A DNA stretch of 64,000 bases, from the NCBI GenBank assembly GCA_964035545.1, contig OZ037768.1, positions 3,442,741 through 3,506,740 on the forward strand. Direction: 5' to 3'. This document shows positions 27,601 to 40,200 of the stretch, in pieces (the first letter of the stretch is position 1; every line of letters starts with the position of its first letter). Under the pieces are notes generated by a model that had not been told where the DNA came from, did not search any database, and saw nothing but the letters and a program-made list of their open reading frames with translations. The position numbers and the translations under genes are program-made. Origin of the DNA: Bugula neritina. Its lineage: Eukaryota; Animalia; Bryozoa.

Positions 27601-29799
27601 GGCTTACTTGTGTGTCTAGTAACAAGTTAGACTGAATGAAAGAAGTAGATTGCTACGCTGCTAATTGTACAAGTTTGACTGAATGTATGCCCCCAAGGAG
27701 CAGATAATTACTTATGTAGAACCATTTCCCCACCAACACCTTTACCGTGTAATTGTCAATTATACAGAAACTAACCAGAGCATGGTGAAGGACTTTCATC
27801 CCTGATCAGTAGCAGAGGGTTTTGGTGGAAGTAGAGGTCAAGGTTGCAGCAGAACAGCTGCCCGGCATCATTCTGGTATATCATATGCAAGTAGTTAGGA
27901 GTCATGCTATAATCGACAATACATTCATATTCATTTGCATAAAATGGATATATGAATAAATCATAACATATTTTTGAGACATTAAAAACGCAAGACATTC
28001 AACAGTAAATACTACAGTATTCTCACTGGAAAAAGATAACTCTGGTATCTAATGAATTTAGTTCATAATTATCTCTCAGCTTAAAATTTACTACAAAATG
28101 TAAATGAAATTTTTTAAATATTTATAAAATTTAAAACGTCTAGATTTTAAATAATACAATATTTTCTACACTGTAAAACCATATTCCACAATGTATAGAT
28201 AAAAAATGTCCATAAAAGTGATATCTAGGTAAGATTTCACTCATCACCTTTGCCCTTTATATGATGGAAGTGTTTTGTTTGATGCTTATATCATATTTGT
28301 AAGTAGAACGACTAAGTGTCATGCTTTCTAGTAAGATAAGAAACCACAAGCAGCAAACTAGATTAATAATAAATGAAACTAAATACCTAATAGCCGATGT
28401 GAGTCATGTAATAGAAATTTATGAATCAAATAATTCTTACCGGCAGCTAACCCAGTGTTTCTCCTTTTGCCTCTGGATTACAGCAAGAAAGCTGCTAGTC
28501 TTCAAATCATATAGTACTAAAGACCATGATAAGAAAAACAAGAAAAAATTATTACATAAAAATATTCTATTAAAATAAGCATTTAATATCTGTATGTAAC
28601 ACAAGATTAAGCAATACACCACCAATAGCTTGGAATCTAAGTAGCGTAATTATATTTTCTAGACTCTGTAGTGATGAATAAGCACATAGCACATTGCAAA
28701 AGGATACGAGTTGAGTGGTCACTATCTAATAGGGCTATAACAGCGCCAGTGACAGTCGCCGAGATCACTTGGTGAGGACACGGAATGGTGTACACAATCT
28801 GCCATGGCTTTGTTTCATGAACTCTCAGTTGTATGATCAACAGCTTGTCAACTAACACTGTGAGCAGGTCAGAATTGAAGCTGAGTACTTCGCATTCATT
28901 CACTGACACATCTACATAAAATAGAAATAACTTTCTTGCATAAAAAATAGAACATGATTATTTGATCAGTTTCAAGAAGTCATTTGATAAAATTCTTAAA
29001 AACAAACTAATGGTAAATAAGTTTCATGTTAACATAAGAATTATACTTCATGAAAAATGTCGTATTTTGAATACTATACTATAGGTGTTGCAACTATTCA
29101 CTAGAGTTAGAACCATAACTAGGTATTGAAACAGCTTGACAGATGTAAAGGTCTATAGCAGACGATATTGAAAAGCTGAAGATGCAGCCTAAACTGGGGG
29201 CACTGACAGATCAGCACCAACAAAGCTGAACAGGCGTGGATAACCTGCAAGAAACAACTCTGTATACTCCTGTTATGTAACACAGCAGCCCAAAAAGGCA
29301 AAACACTTACCAATACTCGAATTGTGCTCCCTGATCAACCCTTTCAGAGTGAGACGATGAAGCTCCGTTGAGCAAGCTGTACTCGAGTGCATCATCTTAA
29401 AGATGCTTACATTTCCGGTCTTTTGTGACAGAGCAAGTAATGCTCGTATGCCGTCACTCTCATTTCCAGTAAAACTTTTATTCCACGTAAGACTGGAAAT
29501 AAAGCAGCGTCAAGCTATAACAGAGTAAATGATCAAAATTCATTGAAAAAAGAAAATTGTACTTAATTTATTTAAACTTACCTACAAATGTCACTGTTGG
29601 GTAACGTTATAGCTAGCCTATCTAATTCCAATCTATTTGAGTCAACTTTACTTGATTTTATACAAATAAAATCTACGCGATTTGAAGATGGTAATGCAAC
29701 AAAGCCACTTTGGCGATCTAAGGAATCGGCCTCCAGTAAATCACTCGACTGCAAAAATTTCTCCTTCAACTCTAGCAATTTAAAAATCTTGGATGCCAT
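3685..29799 (-). CDS. SPG11: Spatacsin (SPG11), about 48 coding exons
   Basis: Spliced exons translate in frame. Examples: 29582-29799 (start MASKIFKLL), 29311-29492, 28708-28911, 28441-28516, 27776-27906 (CNLDLYFHQNP), 25768-25918, ~19499-19673 (MPHFGNQALAEKYGLQEKLTFMYYLKQARPSFAF), ~17845-18003 (FLEACALNNNWLSFLVYSQ), ~9668-9808 (ELLILSHDAYSCAYDMEGISRVL), ~9348-9455 (IGRFSEMTYIFDTL), 5418-5567, 4349-4497, and last exon 3685-3877 (HLKKLLFYCKDVVSKYKLA...IRDSVL*). These match recalled human spatacsin motifs (LPHFSSPDLVNKY..GRPSFAF; IGRYNEMTYIFDLL; NLKKLLTYCEDVYLYYKLA). Some internal boundaries are approximate. Confidence 0.95.
6693..6923. repeat. Minisatellite, 38-bp unit x6
   Basis: CAGATGATGGGATGTAGAAGAGTTGACATGAACTAACA at 6693, 6731, 6769, 6807, 6845 and 6883; near-identical copies in an SPG11 intron. 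Confidence 0.97.
7412..8248. repeat. Minisatellite, 21-bp unit x~40
   Basis: TTAGTGTATATTACTGCATCT tandem array with point variants; it generates the spurious 7-aa-repeat ORFs. Confidence 0.98.
8345..8470. repeat. Tandem repeat, ~34-bp unit x~3.7
   Basis: AAAGACTGACTAGCTGTGTAAAGAAGAAAGAGAG repeated, ~40 bp from the SPG11 donor at 8510. Confidence 0.9.
10153..10238 (-). other. Probable GC-AG intron in SPG11
   Basis: The exon reads ...GAT GAC AAA ATG G|GCAAGT and read-through hits TAG two codons later. GCAAGT is the GC-donor consensus. Phase-1 AG acceptors at 10153, 10180 or 10189 restore the frame. I found no frame-compatible acceptor for the nearby GT. Confidence 0.65.
10685..11262. repeat. 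AT-rich minisatellite, 20-bp unit built from pentamers
   Basis: ATATGATATATTATGATACT array with two copies of the interruption ACATCTAGAGAGTT; ends just inside the SPG11 donor at 11268. Confidence 0.95.
11678..11800. repeat. Tandem repeat, ~44-bp unit x~3
   Basis: TAGACATCAT..ACTATTACCTTTTCATATTAG at 11678, 11722 and 11767. Confidence 0.85.
12085..12209. repeat. Minisatellite, 19-bp unit x~6.5
   Basis: ACTACATGAGCACACAA(T/C)T repeated inside a ~200-bp SPG11 intron. Confidence 0.93.
16305..16438. repeat. (TACTA)n-type pentanucleotide microsatellite
   Basis: Degenerate ATACT/ATATT/ATGAT pentamers. Confidence 0.93.
23378..23558. repeat. Minisatellite, 22-bp unit x~8
   Basis: CATACAGTAGAAAGTGCTATAA tandem copies ending ~25 bp from the SPG11 donor at 23582. 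Confidence 0.95.
27116..27417. repeat. Minisatellite, 14-bp unit x~21
   Basis: AAGTGTCAACATGT / AAGTGTCATCATGT array beginning ~25 bp from the SPG11 acceptor at 27091. Confidence 0.95.
28517..28707 (-). other. U12-type (minor spliceosome) GT-AG intron in SPG11, phase 1
   Basis: Minus-strand donor C|GTATCCTTTTGC matches the U12 consensus RTATCCTTT. Branch-like TTTTCTTATC lies ~13 nt before the TAG acceptor. Splicing restores the frame (DHST-L-LYDLKT). Confidence 0.8.
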
Positions 29800-32217
29800 C
29801 TTCTTAGGACTCAGCTCACATAGTCAAATTTCTTTTTTAATTCATATCTAAAAAAAATTCAGTGCAGAAAAATAAAAATAACATTAAAATAGTCATCTAG
29901 TAAGACATTAATATGAAAACACATTGACTTTGCAATTATAGGCCATCACTATAACTATAAGTTTGATTATTGCGTTAATTGCAATCGAAAATGCTGGTTA
30001 TATTTATGTCTTCTGCAGCTTAACAATGCAAAAAAACAAAAATAATTTGAAGAATTTTTAATTTCTTTACTGGAGAGACTTTATTCTGTCAGATGGGGAC
30101 ACAACTCCAGTAATTAGCATAGTCTACTTTAATTTACATAAATGTTTTATGTAAACGTAGAAGATGTTTAGAGGATAAAATACACTGATGAAATTCTATT
30201 CACTGCAGAACTTACATTTCTGGCTATAGTTAAAAAATCTTCATTTGTGAAACTTTATGTAAGTCAGTACAAATGGCTAAACATTTCATCAAGTACTTAT
30301 ACGCATAAAAGTGCTTGCAAACATATGCACTTACAGCAATTATATGATAATGGTTCACTTACAACTGTATAATGAATGAGCTGTTACGTAATAATGCAGA
30401 TAATCATTAACAATTAGATGAAAATGAAGGTCATTACCAACAGCTAAGTAATAATGAAAGCAATCATAAACATTTGCATAATTTAAGCATTTAAAAATAA
30501 TGACAATAAGCAAAAATTCAGGCCTTGTTGGTTCTTTATGTACAGAATTGACCATCACAATATATATATTACAAAAAATATTTTATTTCTATTTGAATTA
30601 GATTTTTATTCTTATTTTAAATTTCATTATTTCACCTTGACTTAACGATTATCATTATAAGTATAAGTATAAGCATGATGGTTATCATAATATTAATACT
30701 AGCTATACTTATATCTAATAGTAATATTTCTATTATCCTTGTTCATAAAGTAACTTGTCCATTCAACAGCTTAAATAATCACAATGTCATCACTCAAGTC
30801 AATGTGAATGTCAATTGCAAGTTTTTTCACTTTTGCACTTGAAGTTTAAGTTATGATGATTATTTTTAGGAATAATAAATGAAATTAAAAATCAAACACC
30901 GAGTTATTAACAGCGCCCAGGGCTCAGAATCAATAGTCAATAACTTAGACTCCTTCAATAACATAACTATTAATTATTACTTATTAGTATTGGTGATAGT
31001 ATTACTATTACTATTAACTTTAACTTTTACTTTAAGACTAAACTTAAACGTTAAAGGTATGCGTATAGCCATAGATAGAAGTAAAACTATAACTATAAGT
31101 ATGACCACAAAATTAAAACTCGGGAATATATATTTCAATGGGTATAACTATAAGTTCATTTTCATTTTGGGTAACAACCAACAAACTTAATAAAGTTTGT
31201 TACACCTACATCCCACAGTTACTGTTACTGTTAGAAAGTTTATTTCATATTCATTTTGATATTCAATTTCATATTGAAATATTAATATAATCATATCTAT
31301 AATAATACTATAAAGTATAAATACTTGCAAAACCTAATACAGAAAAGGTAACAAAGAACTGGGGATAATTTTAGCTCAAACTAAGCTCTTACCTGAGCTC
31401 CCAGCTTGTTCAGGTATAAGCCTAGTCATAGTGGTATGGAACCTGGGAAATCTGTACTTGAAGTGGGCGAAATGACCCTCACCTTAAACCAGGACCAGTT
31501 AATTTAATGTTCAACTCTTATTGGGCAACTCAACAGATTACGCAATTTCATCAGCCAAAGCTTGCTAGCTACTCCCATAAATTCAAATTCTACTAGTTTC
31601 CGTTTTATAGATTGCAATTTTATCAGCTAAAATTCAACTGAATAACTATCCAATTATCTTAGATTTATAATTATTATAAATATACTTATATGTAAAATAA
31701 ATTGTAGCATATATTTTATTGGCATGTTTCAATATTTGTATGTTTTATTATTTTGATAAATACCGTTACCTGGCGTATTTAGCTTTATATTTTTCTACAT
31801 CATGATGATAATAAAATTCATTTTCAAAATCAATGTTCAATCATGAATCATGATTCATCATCACTGTCGCAGCGATAAGATTGAGTGTGATCACTGATAC
31901 TGATAGTGATCATGATTAAGGGAAAGCCGAAATAACTAGCTCCAAGTATTGTTAATGTTATATAATTAAAATTATAATTTTATGATAATGTTATAATAAT
32001 AATAATCAAGTATTATATTTATTGAGAATGAGAATAAAAGTTTTTACTACTTGATTTAATCTAAGCTACATAAAAATGTCACAGGCTCACTTTTAGACTA
32101 CATGAAACGTTTCTAAAAGAATATTAGTAACAAATTATATAATAAAATACTAGTGTGTTCATCCAGCCATTATGATTATGTATATAATATGTATTTTCAG
32201 CTGACGACTAAAAGGTT

Positions 32218-35200
32218 ATGGCTACAGCTAATAACGTTGAAGACTGCATTGTGAAGCTTCTTGAGAATGAACCGTCTGTTTATGCTAATGCAATAAAGAC
32301 ACTTCTCAGAATATTCAACAATATACAACAGAACCAATCTGTTGAGAAATTTAGGAAACTTCGTTTGTCGAGCAAAGTTGTCTCTGAAAATATACTTCCT
32401 GCCAATGGAGCTATGGAGTGTTTATTCGCTTGTGGCTTTGTTGAGGTAGGAAATTACTATCAAACAGCTTAGTCTAAGTTTCTAATGACTATGCAAGAGT
32501 TTTCCTTACTAAAATGTTGACTTTGAAATTTATAAGATAATGTATTAAGTAAGTGCTAGTAACTTAATGTAATGCCTGCAAGAAAGTTTTAGTGAAAGTG
32601 TAATGGAACAAGCTTAGCGTTCAATTATCTAACTAGATTTAAATGTTTCAATTTTAATTAAACACTGCTCAATCAAAGGAAAGTACTGGAATCCAAGTAA
32701 ATAACACTATATTTGAATTAATATGTGGTAAGTTTTTATTTAAAAAGCTGTATTGTAAAAAATATTAACATTATTATGTAATATGCCTGTTATCTCCATT
32801 CTTAGGATGATGATAGCGAACACCTGGTACTGCCAATGAGCTCTAATTTATCAACTTTGAAGTCTATTTGTCATCAAATTCAGTTCAGATCTTCTGGAGA
32901 CTCGCCTCTTCTACAGAGCCCTCCTAGTACTACTGACACTCCTACTGCTGCTAGCAATTCTACTGCTTCTACCAGCACTCCTGCTGCTGCTTCTAGTACT
33001 TCTACTGCTGCTAGTACTTCTACTGCTGCCGGCACTTCATCTGCCAACAGCACTTCTAAAAGCTCTGCCCCTGCCAAAGCTGCTGCAAAGTGGCCCAAAT
33101 GGAAGTTCCCTGTACTTAGTAATAATATAGCCGTAAGTCTAATTCACAATTTAAAAATGATATAGTGGAGAATTTTCGTAAATTTAGATTTGATGAGTGA
33201 TTATAGTTCAATGGCATATCTTGGCACTCACAGCATTCATATGATCTAACTTGTAGCTTTCCGAAGTTCAGTTTTATCATAAACTAAAGGTTTCTTTTGA
33301 CCACGTTTTATTATACGAAGATCTACAGCTTCAGGCAAAAGCCCTTCAATGCATTCCCAGAGATCATCTGTCACAAACTGCTGACAGGAAATATAAGCAG
33401 GTCAAGGTAAAATGCTGTTTTGCTTTAATTTCTTGTAAACAGCTATTTTGCTTACAAATTATTTATTGTTTTGTTAATCTCCTAGTCCTATACCATTACA
33501 AACTATTTTATCTTTTTAGAGTTATTTGTTTATACTGTTGTTGCTCATATGACATAATTCTGACACTAATACAATATGCAGTTATCATATGAGTGAGCAC
33601 AAATTTAATTTCTTATTAAGTCTACACAATTTGTCTGTAAACATTTTAGAGCACAACAAAATTTGATTATGCAGATTTCTACCTTATTGAACTAATGGAT
33701 TGGTTTCGAGATGATTTCTTTAGATGGGTCAATAAGCCAGATTGTGATTCGTGTAAAGGTACTGCACTGTTACTGTGGATAAAATAATTGTGTAGAACAC
33801 ATAGGCATGGGCTCTATTATTTTTTGCTTTGAACACTACTTATGCATATTTAATATAAAAAAAGCATTGTAGTAACAGGTAAAACAATATGTTCTGATGA
33901 TGCTCTGTTTTATTTGTTAATTTAACATATTTGTATGCATTAGGGAAGACACAGCATGCTGGTATGGGAAAGCCCTCTTCAGAAGACCTAAGGTATGGAG
34001 CGGGTAGGGTGGAGATATATAAATGCTCTCAGTGTCCCCACATCACCAGGTTTCCTCGTTATAATGACCCAGGTAATCATACCGTTAATTATTTAGTTTA
34101 TTTGGTACCTGTTACTGTTTAAAACTCAGAATATCTTCTATTTATAGGCATTTTAATGACTGACTTGCTCAAAATATCATAAACATTAGAAGACTCGTAG
34201 ATCTGTGTGTGCTTATAAGTTATTTTCTCTGATTGAATAATATAGTACATGCTGTATAAAATAACAATGTTTGTATCCAGGTAAACTTCTTGAGACCAAG
34301 CGTGGCAGGTGTGGGGAGTGGGCCAACTGCTTCACACTGTTATGTCGGGCTAGTGGTTATGAGGCTAGATATGTACTAGACTGGACAGACCACGTATGGA
34401 CTGAAGTTTTCTCCGCATCACAACAGCGCTGGCTTCACTGTGACCCAGGTATCGTGTGAACTAGATATTCATGTTATCTTGTGAACTAGATACATGACTT
34501 GTTGCAACCTTTCCTTATTATATTTAATTCAAAATATTATAACACCATTGTGAAATATTTCATCAGGTGAAAAGGCATTAGACAAGCCACTACTCTATGA
34601 AGCTGGTTGGGGTAAAAAGTTAACATATGTTGTGGCGTTTTCCAAGGATGATATAAACGATGTTACTTGGCGATACTCATCTCATCACCAGGATTTGATT
34701 CTACGCCGGTAACCTATCTGTTTCTATTTATATGTATCACACAATATTAGAGTAGATCTATTTCATATTGTTTAAACCTATTGTGTTTGTAAGCTTACTG
34801 GGTAGAGTATAATGCCAAATGTAACTTGAGCTTCTTTAAAGTTGGGACTTTCCCTTTAATTTTAAAGCGATGCAGCATAAAGTATATGGCATTTATTCAT
34901 GTTACACTACAAAGGGTATGATGCAATATATCTCATAAATCTTTTTGTCTTACACTAGAACTAGCTGCCGAGAATCATGGCTAATTAAAGTGTTGAAACA
35001 GTTGAGAGACGAGAGACAGAAAGGTATGAGCAGCGAACTGCTGCGGATTCACCAACTTCGGCTGATTAAGGAAGGAGCAGAGTTTATTTTTGAAAAAGTA
35101 GGATTGAAGATACTTTTCCAATACATGATTGTGTAATGTTTTGATTAATACACACTGCCTTTTCTGTTTCTTTAACTTAATTACAATATTTTGTAAATAG

Positions 35201-36945
35201 TACTGATGCAAATTCTATATTAATTTGGAAATTATGATATATTTTGTTTATTAATTCAAGTAAGATTTGATGTGATTCACACAGTCATGTGCTTTGTTAT
35301 TGCTGCACTAGACTAAAACAGTGTCAGCTGGGGAGATGATGAGCAGACAGACTGGTAGTCTGGAGTGGAGGCAGGCCAGAGGTGAGATGGGTCAGTCAGC
35401 TAAGGTCACTTCTCATCATACATTTACTCCCAGCAGCGCTGATCTAGCTCAAGGTCACATGAAGGTTACTTACTGTGCCTCTACGAATACTTACATACTC
35501 TCCGGCTCTCAAGTTAAAACTCATGACTGGGAAACAGGTAACTATTGTGTTTGTCTTGAATGCTGGCGACAATTACCTTTATGCTCATGATGCAACTCTG
35601 ATGTGTTGCTGTTATAGTTTCATCTAATTGGCATTGGGCAGGTGGCTAATGAAGAGAATTTATCTTGCAATGACTTTATACTTATCAGCTACTAAATCCA
35701 CATATTTTTGGAAATAATAAGCAGTGAAACATTTATTTACTTCCAATTAAAATGTTTATAGAGTAATGAATCTAATGACACGAACAAGTAAAAGATATAA
35801 TATTGTTAATGTGTTTTCTTCTCTATGATTATAGTATATTTTACAAATCAAGAAATTTAATGTCTATGTCTGTGTTAATGTGTGTATATATCACAATATG
35901 TGACATGTTAAAATATGTAATACATTACAATATGTAATATATTTCAATATATAATATATTACAATATATAATATATTTCAATATATGTTTAATATATTAC
36001 TAAAAGGTGTGTATGAGTCAGAGAATATGATGAGAAATGTAGAAATAAACTGGAATATGGTGTATCTAGCAAGAACCAAGGGTTCGACTTCAGCCTACAT
36101 CACATGGCTGTTTGACCTCAGCAGTTCAGGTATACCATTTGAACGTCAGATATACCAATATTCACTAATGTTCTAGCACATTCTAAATCAATAAAAAAAA
36201 GCATTATTTAATAGAACATTTTTGATAAAGAAACTTTAAACTCTACGATAGATGATCCTGAACAATCCCAAGTATATAATCTCACTATAATTCTGATCGC
36301 AAAAAGGCTATCCAAGTGATGATTGCCAATCATACATGATATATACGTTTATTATTTATAACTTGAAACATCTGAATTTCAAGTATGTATTTGTGATATT
36401 AACATGAAAAAGCTTGTATCCTTTAAAATGCACTTTTTTGACAAACTGGTCACACTATTTACTATTCCAGGTAAAACAATTAAAGAACTGATAATTTCTG
36501 TCTCATCTGCTACATTTCATACCGGATCAATTAGATGGTCAGTAGAAGCTGAAGATGGAAAGCAAATGGATATCAAGCGTAAGTAAGATATTATCACACT
36601 GTACTCACTCACTGAGTAACTTACTATATGCAAGTCTCGATTGCAGTGTGTGTGATATTTACTTCCCTCATAAAGTTTTATTTCTTTAATAAACAACAGG
36701 TAAGATCTTTTTTCAAGCATTTTTTTTCTTTGTTTCAACTGATTTTTACTGAATCGCTTGAGCTCTGCTTTTTTTTAGCAAACATGACACATAAACTAAC
36801 CAACTTTAGTGGCAGCAAGTCGGTGAAACTGTGCGCACACTTGGCGGCAGGAGCTGGGGCTGATGCCTGGCAGCACACTCAGCTGTTCCGTCAGAGCAGA
36901 GATGATACATCTAGCACGCTATTGGTGGATGTCATATTCAACTAG
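32218..36945 (+). CDS. NGLY1: Peptide:N-glycanase (PUB + transglutaminase-like core + PAW domain), 12 exons, ~671 aa
   Basis: Exons 32218-32445, 32806-33132, 33257-33406, 33650-33758, 33944-34072, 34281-34448, 34567-34708, 34959-35097, 35312-35537, 36007-36129, 36471-36578, 36779-36945 (sum 2016 nt, in frame, all GT-AG). Motifs: PUB ([20 protein letters not shown]), two CxxC Zn sites (CDSC, CSQC), [29 protein letters not shown] (Cys-His-Asp triad), [11 protein letters not shown], and [14 protein letters not shown]. Confidence 0.97.
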
Positions 36946-37237
36946 TTACATCACATTCGCACATTATATACAAGCAATATTTTATTTATTTATTTTAGAA
37001 ACCAAATTATTGTAAGTAATAGTTTTTCAAATATTTTATTTGAATAGTAAAATATATTTTATAAAATTATTAAAATTAAGTTATAAAAATAGAACATTCT
37101 GAATGACACAAAAATAAAAAAGCTTTCTAAAATAAATCAGGCTGAATTAATAAGAAGCATAGAGTAAACAAAAAAAATTGTAGAAATTTTGATTAGTTTT
37201 GCTAAGAAGAAAATAAGAGTAAATGCTGATATATTAT

Positions 37238-40200
37238 TCATGTCAATGCGCGCAGGGAAGCAGATAGTCTGAGTAAAGACACAGCTGGTAGTTGCAGGTC
37301 TTGTTTTACAATATCATAGTAATTACTTGCTTCGTAGTGTAGCATATATTTTAGTTCTACCAAAGTTTCACCATTCATTTTCCCTCCGAGTCTGCGTTTC
37401 AAAATACAAAATATGATTCAATTTCAACCTTGTAGCGAGCGTTCCTTTTTAGCTTTTACACGTTATTTGCAACCACTCAATGAGTTGGGAACATAGTAAT
37501 AATTGGTCAATTTACTGTTTTCATAAGCCTGCCCTAGATACTTAAAAATTACAAATCATTTAAATACAATTCTTTCTGGTATTTCTCAGACATTTTATAT
37601 CTGTAGCTATCAGCAACTAAAAGTACAGGACCATCTCTTAATGTACGGCATAATGCGTGGGTTACTCTGTTATTCAAACACTAAATCAACATTATAGTTG
37701 AATAAAATCAGTATTGGCTTTAAAAAAAATTTCTGAATATATATTTTACCTGCTGATTTAATATATTTTACCTGCTAACTACTTCCTCCAACTGATTCTT
37801 TTTAAACCATGCTGTCACTTCATCTTCATTCCAAGTACAACATTCTAAATTCTTATTTCTGACTGGTTCTGCGGACTTTGTAATCACAGTTAGTTTAGAT
37901 TCAGTTTCTCTTTTACTCTGTGTTGATGTGAACCCTTTTACTTCTGTAGGGAAAACATCAAATATTCCAAACATTCCAATCCTGTTAGACTTTTATTTAC
38001 AACAAACAAATAATTTTACTAGGTAATATGAACTGCTTGCAAAGTAAAAATTTTAGGAAAGAAAACAATAACTTTGAACAAATTAATTTTTAAGAAGTGA
38101 ACATAAAGTTTAGAAACAGTTTTGAAAACAGTTTTTTGTGATGAGTTGAGATATGTTTCAGATTAATAGGTCTGACTTAAAGCATATATAAATAAATATA
38201 CAGCTGGCTTGTAGTGCTGACAGAAAAAATGCAACATGTAAATTTTATGGTTATAGCACATGATTTTAATGCATACTAATAAGATTTCTCTAAACATTAA
38301 AAACTACCTTCTATAGGGTCACCTTTGCCCTTATCACCAAGTGTTTTAATCAGCTGCTGGTAGATTGAACTCTTTTCCTCCTGATTGGATAAGTCAAAGG
38401 ACAGCTTCATTCCTAGCAGTAACCCCAGCCAACCATCTGGGGAGTATTTCTGCTGCACTTTCAGTGGTATGAACTCTCTTTGCAGTTTATATGCATATTC
38501 AGCCTCTGAACAAAATGACCGTATAAATTTATAATAACTTTTGGTTAAAATGTTTAACTATTGACGAGATTCACTTCATACTCCAATAAATCTGATTAAT
38601 AAATGAAATATATTATGATATATTCAAAACTTAACTTGTACTGCTATTAAATGACACAAAAATAATAATTCATTATAATATAAGCTAGCAGTATTAATCA
38701 ATAATTTTTTTTATAAATTGTACTGCACTTCACCAACACTGTTTTATTTGCACCTTGAGACCCATCTCAGACCACCACATGATAATGTACCTGCTCTACA
38801 TGCCGGACTGGTCTTGTACTTCTCTGACACTAGTATCAGAACCACCACCGCCTTTTCTATTGCTTGGCTCATAGCTGAGAGGGTGCTTCCGGCTGTAAAT
38901 ACAAAGTGCTTATGAGCTAGCTACTTAGCTCAACTATAGCTTACTGTTTAAAAGTTTATTGTTCAAGTAATTAGACTATGAAAGATCAAGTCATCAATAA
39001 ATTTGTGTGACACTCTGATCATGGGTGTTTCACAATATTTAATTAGGAAAATAAAATTGGTAGTTGAAAAAAAGCTTAGAGCCTGTAGCTACATGAGGCA
39101 CTATGAATTATCAAAGTGGCAGTAACTAAAATAACTTAGGTTAGAATGTCAGCTGCCGAAGAGTTATAAATACTTTCACGCGTTGCTAAAAATATAAGCA
39201 ATTAACAATAAAAGTGACCGTTCCAAGAGCATATCATATACATACACATGTTCTCTATGTCCATCCACACTCTATATCCATTATTATGCAAAACCTCTTT
39301 CAACTCCCTTGCCTCATCTTGCACAGACCAATTGTAGCTTATCATCACATGACCTGAAGCATATGACAAATAATGTACAGGTGTATAACTATATATAGAT
39401 GTAATCACTATTATTAATATTATTGGCTGTGGCACAGCTTAACATGGTGAAATCTCCTAACATAGACCTAGTTCCACTAGGTTGAGAGAGATAGGGAGCG
39501 TTCTTCTTTTGTGTGCAACATGTCGCACTTTTGCAATCCAAATTTCATCTATATATCTCTTGCAAAGATTTTGGCAGCAAAGTGTTGATTAAAACTTTCA
39601 ATTCTGATTTAGACTTTTAGCAAAATCTTGGATAATTTATATATAAGAAATAGCTGCATTTTTCTGTTTTGCCAGAACTTGTGACTGTGAGCCACTTTTT
39701 TTTCATTAGAATTGATAGTTAATCATCATTATTATTCCTATTATAGATTGTCCTAGCTAGTTGTATATTTATTATTTTGTGCAACACATATAGCTATACA
39801 AGAATACATATTTGCAAGTCATACCTAGATTACTAGTTTCTGAAATCTTTGGATTGTCGTCTTTCTGCTGCTGAACTGTCCATAGACAGCCGGCAGCGGC
39901 TGACCTGAGCGTCTCCTGGTCAGAGTTAGCTAGATTCTGTAATGCTAGAGTAAAACAAAACATACACATTTATTCGTGGTGAGAATGCACTAGGCTTGAT
40001 TTTTTGCTATTTAAAAATTGAACTTACGAAATTACTTTAATATTGTATCTAATTATAGCCTAAATATAGAAATTAATTTTAATTAAGTTTCATATTGAAA
40101 TATTTTAGTAATAACAATCACTATCATATTATCACTGTAAATAATAGTTTTGAAAATCTTAAATTTTTTATAAAAGTACATAACCCGTTAGGCTTTATAT

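Noticed and set aside
29119-29313. ORF and acceptor-like site in SPG11 intron 2
   Set aside because: The phase-compatible frame hits a stop; exons 2 and 3 join in frame without it.
30879-31190. Hydrophobic ORFs here and at 42741-43076 / 42854-43051
   Set aside because: Translations of hexamer low-complexity tracts with no recognisable protein features.
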